Assembly: GCF_020885515.1 (NCBI RefSeq)
Contig: NZ_AP024987.1
Span: 720,001 to 752,000 of the forward strand
Length of the DNA stretch: 32,000 nucleotides
Direction: 5' to 3'
Source of the DNA: a cyanobacterium endosymbiont of Braarudosphaera bigelowii
GTDB lineage: Bacteria > Cyanobacteriota > Cyanobacteriia > Cyanobacteriales > Microcystaceae
Position 1 is the stretch's first letter; every line of letters begins with the position of its first letter. The translations under genes and the position numbers were made by a program. Shown in pieces: positions 28,694 to 32,000 of the stretch. The notes beneath the pieces were generated by a model. The model saw nothing but the letters and a program-made list of their open reading frames with translations, was not told the DNA's origin and ran no database searches.

Positions 28694-29491
28694 TTACTTT
28701 TTGAAAAAACTAATTAAACGACCAAACAGGTTATCATCGACTGCCATAAAATCAAGAAAAGGAACATTTTTTCCATTTAATCGTTCTGCAATATTGACAA
28801 AAGCTGTCGCAGGTAAAGAATGGTTTTCTTCTAGTACTAAAGGTTCTCCCTTATTTGTTGAAATAATGATCTTTTCATCGTCTGGTACTATACCTAACAG
28901 AGGAACTACTAGTAAATCCAGAATATCTTCAACTGCAATCATTTGATTAGATTGAATCATTTTAGGCTTAATTCGGTTCACTATTAGATGAATCTTTTGA
29001 ATATCTTCACTCTCCAAGAGCCCTACTACTCTGTCAGCATCTCGAACTGCAGCCATCTCGGGAGTAGTAACTATTATAGCCTCATGTGCAGGAGAAATAG
29101 CGTTTCGAAAGCCCATTTCTATTCCTGCTGGACAATCGATAAGAATAAAATCAAATTTTTTGTCTAATTCAGCTACTAATTTTTTCATATCATCGGGACA
29201 TATAGCTTCTTTAGTGCGATTCTGAGCTGCTGGAAGTAACATTAGATTGGGTTGGCGTTTATCTTTGACTAAGGCTTTGTCTATAGTGCACTGTCCTCCT
29301 AAAACATCAACAGCAGTATAAACTACCCTTTGCTCTAATCCTAGAAGTAAGTCTAAATTTCTCAAACCAAAATCTGCATCAACTAAGACAATTTTAAATC
29401 CTAAATAAGCTATTGCTGATCCCAAATTGGCGGTAATAGTAGTTTTACCAACGCCTCCCTTTCCAGAAGTAATTACAATTACACGACTCAT
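28694..29491 (-). CDS. minD: Septum site-determining ATPase MinD
   Basis: Deviant Walker A SGKGGVGKTT and full-length MinD similarity. The C-terminal amphipathic helix is LFGRLISFFKK. Confidence 0.96.
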   Translation of the reverse strand: MSRVIVITSGKGGVGKTTITANLGSAIAYLGFKIVLVDADFGLRNLDLLLGLEQRVVYTAVDVLGGQCTIDKALVKDKRQPNLMLLPAAQNRTKEAICPDDMKKLVAELDKKFDFILIDCPAGIEMGFRNAISPAHEAIIVTTPEMAAVRDADRVVGLLESEDIQKIHLIVNRIKPKMIQSNQMIAVEDILDLLVVPLLGIVPDDEKIIISTNKGEPLVLEENHSLPATAFVNIAERLNGKNVPFLDFMAVDDNLFGRLISFFKK

Positions 29492-29528
29492 GATTAAAAA
29501 CTCTACTATATAGTATGAAATATTTATT

Positions 29529-30350
29529 TTACATGGCTAAGGATTTTTTTTCAGTCCATTTTTCTTCTTTATTAGCGAAGATATGAGTTTTATTGAAATT
29601 AATAGCTGATTTTAAATGTATACCTTCTTTACTTAAGTAGGCTACTTCAGGTTCTAAAAATTCTGGAATACTTGAGGGAGGGCGAGCAACAGATGTTCCT
29701 ATACGAAGTTGTGTAGGTTGCATTTTAAGCGCCATAACACAAAACTCTGAGTCACCTTGTGCACCTGCGTGAGCAATACCACGTAAACATCCCCATATGA
29801 TGATATCACCATCAGCAATTATTTCCCCTCCTGGATTAACATCTCCTTGAATAATAATTGTTCCCGGATGACGAATAACCATACCAGAGCGGATAGTTGT
29901 TTTTAAATATAAAGGTTCATTTAGGGCACCATTTTGGGTATTTTTTATAGAGGAAAATTTTTTATAAGGAATTTCCTGTTCAACAGAATAGCCTATAGTA
30001 GCAGCAGTTACAGCTGTTTGACGACGACTAGTGAAAATATGAGTTAGATGCAATTCTAAGGCCTCTAGAATTTTACCTATACTATGAAATTGACGACTAT
30101 CAAGTAAACGATTTTTTGCTATTAAACGCACTTCAGTTCCAGATTTCCAAGTTCCCTTGTGATGTTTTAAACAACATTTTAGATCTTGTAAATGCTCTGT
30201 CCAATCTTTATCTTTTTTACTGGGTTCAAGATCTGGTAATATCAAATATAACTTTTCTCCTATTCTTTGTAAATGAACTTGAGAATACATCTTAATATCA
30301 GAAAGGAATGGTTCAGTATTTGCTTGAGAAGTAATGTTCTTAGAACTCAT
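29529..30350 (-). CDS. minC: Septum site-determining protein MinC
   Basis: C-terminal beta-helix repeat IIQGDVNPGGEIIADGDIIIWGCLRGIAHAG. It sits in the minC-minD-minE gene order, with 37- and 27-nt gaps. Confidence 0.9.
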   Translation of the reverse strand: MSSKNITSQANTEPFLSDIKMYSQVHLQRIGEKLYLILPDLEPSKKDKDWTEHLQDLKCCLKHHKGTWKSGTEVRLIAKNRLLDSRQFHSIGKILEALELHLTHIFTSRRQTAVTAATIGYSVEQEIPYKKFSSIKNTQNGALNEPLYLKTTIRSGMVIRHPGTIIIQGDVNPGGEIIADGDIIIWGCLRGIAHAGAQGDSEFCVMALKMQPTQLRIGTSVARPPSSIPEFLEPEVAYLSKEGIHLKSAINFNKTHIFANKEEKWTEKKSLAM

Positions 30351-30371
30351 ACAATTAACTCTTTAAAAATA

Positions 30372-30404
30372 TTAAGCATCAGCTTAACATTAACTGATGC
30401 TTAA
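30372..30404 (-). terminator. Intrinsic-terminator-like hairpin (11-bp stem, 11-nt loop) with a U-rich tail on the minus strand, between the gor stop and the minC start
   Basis: Positions 30372-30382 pair with 30394-30404; the stem contains four G:C pairs. On the minus strand it is followed by TATTTTT. It ends 21 nt upstream of the minC ATG. Confidence 0.55.
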
Positions 30405-30450
30405 CTTAATGGTTTTTAAGATGATAAATATGCTTTAATCTGGCTGTAGC

Positions 30451-31815
30451 TTAACGCATAGTAACAAATTCTTCGGCAGATGTCGGGTGAATCCCAACTG
30501 TAGCATCAAAATTTGATTTTGTAGCACCTGCTTTAATTGCAATGGCTATACCTTGAATGATTTCAGAAGCATAATTACCGACCATATGTGCCCCTATTAC
30601 GCGATCACTATCTCGATGAACAACTAACTTCATCAAAGTTTTTTCTTCCCTTTCTGGTAAAACATAGTACATTGGACGGAATTGACTCTTATAAACTTTT
30701 ATTCCACTTTCTCCATACTGTTCCCTAGCTTCAAGTTCTGTTAAACCAACAGTAGCAGCCTCTGGAGTACTGAAAATTGCAGAGGGAACATTTTCATAGT
30801 TCATGATTCTCGGATTTTGACCAAAATGAGAATCTGCAAATAATCTGCCCTCGTTAATAGCAACAGGAGTTAAGTTAATACGATTAGTGCAATCTCCTAC
30901 TGCATAAATATTTGATTGTTTTGTGCAGCTATATTTATCAACAACTATGGCTCCTTTATTAATTTCAATATCAATATTTTCCAAGCCTAAATTATCCAAA
31001 TTAGGTTTACGCCCAGTTGCTGCTAGTCCGATGGTATCTGCTAAGACTATTTCATTATTCTTGTTACCTTTTGTAGAAATTTTTAAACCTTGAGGTGTTT
31101 TTTCGATACTAGTAACTTCAGAATTTTTAAGAATTTGAATACCATGATTTTCCATAGATTTCTGAATAGTTAATCTAAGATCATCATCAAATCCTCGTAG
31201 TATTTTATCGCGTCTAATAATTTGAATTACTTCTGACCCTAAACCACGCATAATGCAAGCGAACTCTACACCTATATAGCCACCACCCCAAATAACAATA
31301 CGTTTAGGTTGTTCAGGAAGAGTAAATATTTGGTCAGAAGTAATTGTATGTTCAATACCTGGAATATTAGGCTTAACGGGATACCCTCCGACTGCAATTA
31401 AGATCTTCTCTGCAGTAACTTTATTTTCTCCTACTTCTACAGTGTGATTATCAATAAACTTTCCACGACCTTGAAAAATTTTAACTTTTGAAGTATCCAA
31501 CATTTTTTGATAGATACCATTTAACCGTTTTGTCTCTTTCCCAATAGCTGTAGTCATTTTAGACCAATTTAGAACACTTGATACAGTACTCCATCCATAT
31601 CCTTGAGATTCAATAAATAACTCAGGAAAGTGAGAAGTGTAAACCATTAGCTTTTTAGGAATACATCCACGATTTACACATGTTCCACCTAAACGATCAT
31701 ATTCTGCTAAGCCAACCTTGGCCCCATATTCTGCAGCTCGTCTGGCAGTCGCTATACCTCCTGAGCCTGCACCAATAACAAATAAATCAAAGTCATATCC
31801 CATGGTGATATTCAT
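30451..31815 (-). CDS. gor: Glutathione-disulfide reductase (the true start is probably the second ATG at 31803, giving MGYDFDLF...)
   Basis: FAD motif GAGSGG, redox-active disulfide GGTCVNRGCIPKK, NAD(P)H motif GGGYIG, and C-terminal HPTSAEEFVTMR. Confidence 0.93.
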   Translation of the reverse strand: MNITMGYDFDLFVIGAGSGGIATARRAAEYGAKVGLAEYDRLGGTCVNRGCIPKKLMVYTSHFPELFIESQGYGWSTVSSVLNWSKMTTAIGKETKRLNGIYQKMLDTSKVKIFQGRGKFIDNHTVEVGENKVTAEKILIAVGGYPVKPNIPGIEHTITSDQIFTLPEQPKRIVIWGGGYIGVEFACIMRGLGSEVIQIIRRDKILRGFDDDLRLTIQKSMENHGIQILKNSEVTSIEKTPQGLKISTKGNKNNEIVLADTIGLAATGRKPNLDNLGLENIDIEINKGAIVVDKYSCTKQSNIYAVGDCTNRINLTPVAINEGRLFADSHFGQNPRIMNYENVPSAIFSTPEAATVGLTELEAREQYGESGIKVYKSQFRPMYYVLPEREEKTLMKLVVHRDSDRVIGAHMVGNYASEIIQGIAIAIKAGATKSNFDATVGIHPTSAEEFVTMR

Positions 31816-32000
31816 CTCCTAAAACAGTAGGATGTTGGAAATTTTCTAATATTATTTCTTATCTATCTTATCCTTTACAGGGACGATTTTTAACAATTTA
31901 TTGATATATAACTAAGTATTATCAACATTAAGAAAAAATAGAAAACTATCACGCTAAGAATAACGTAGAAATTTAATCAATACTAGGTCATAAAATTTTT

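Noticed and set aside
28701-28946. 81-aa + strand ORF
   Set aside because: It is antisense to minD.

Overview
This window is an AT-rich cyanobacterial chromosomal segment made up almost entirely of conserved core genes. I call 28 protein-coding genes (one truncated at the left edge) and one tRNA. The recognisable genes are murD, gyrA, ftsH, hemE, folB, ndhN, recR, the minC-minD-minE operon, glutathione reductase, beta-carotene hydroxylase crtR, and a 53-codon high-light-inducible protein gene that is too short for the supplied ORF track. Also present are a rhomboid protease, a Bax-inhibitor-1/YccA membrane protein, a DUF389 membrane protein, a PLP-dependent Orn/Lys/Arg-family decarboxylase, a YqeG-type HAD phosphatase, an SDR epimerase/dehydratase-like protein, a fused double-ATPase ABC protein, a tandem SagB/nitroreductase-like protein, and several cyanobacteria-specific proteins of unknown function. 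By my coordinates about 78% of the bases lie in called genes. The rest is very AT-rich spacer, including ORF-free stretches of roughly 650 and 840 bp. The protein sequences look closest to the Cyanothece/Crocosphaera lineage. Together with the AT-richness and long empty spacers, that suggests a genome-reduced relative such as UCYN-A; this is inference from memory and is not verified. I saw no transposase, integrase, phage, CRISPR, toxin-antitoxin or recognisable defence genes, and I cannot support a claim of a novel multi-gene system here. The observations most worth follow-up are: (1) recR, whose conserved N-terminus is encoded upstream of any canonical start codon, with ATT at the ancestral Met position behind a GGGAG; (2) a 565-aa Ycf55/DUF3685-like protein with a degenerate Asp-to-Glu receiver domain; (3) unusually long, perfect AT-rich hairpins at gene 3' ends, one embedded in the coding end of a convergent gene; (4) a terminator-like hairpin in the short minC leader; (5) retained conserved unknowns (the orphan SagB-like protein and a 250-aa basic Trp-rich protein next to recR); (6) the ORF-free AT deserts.
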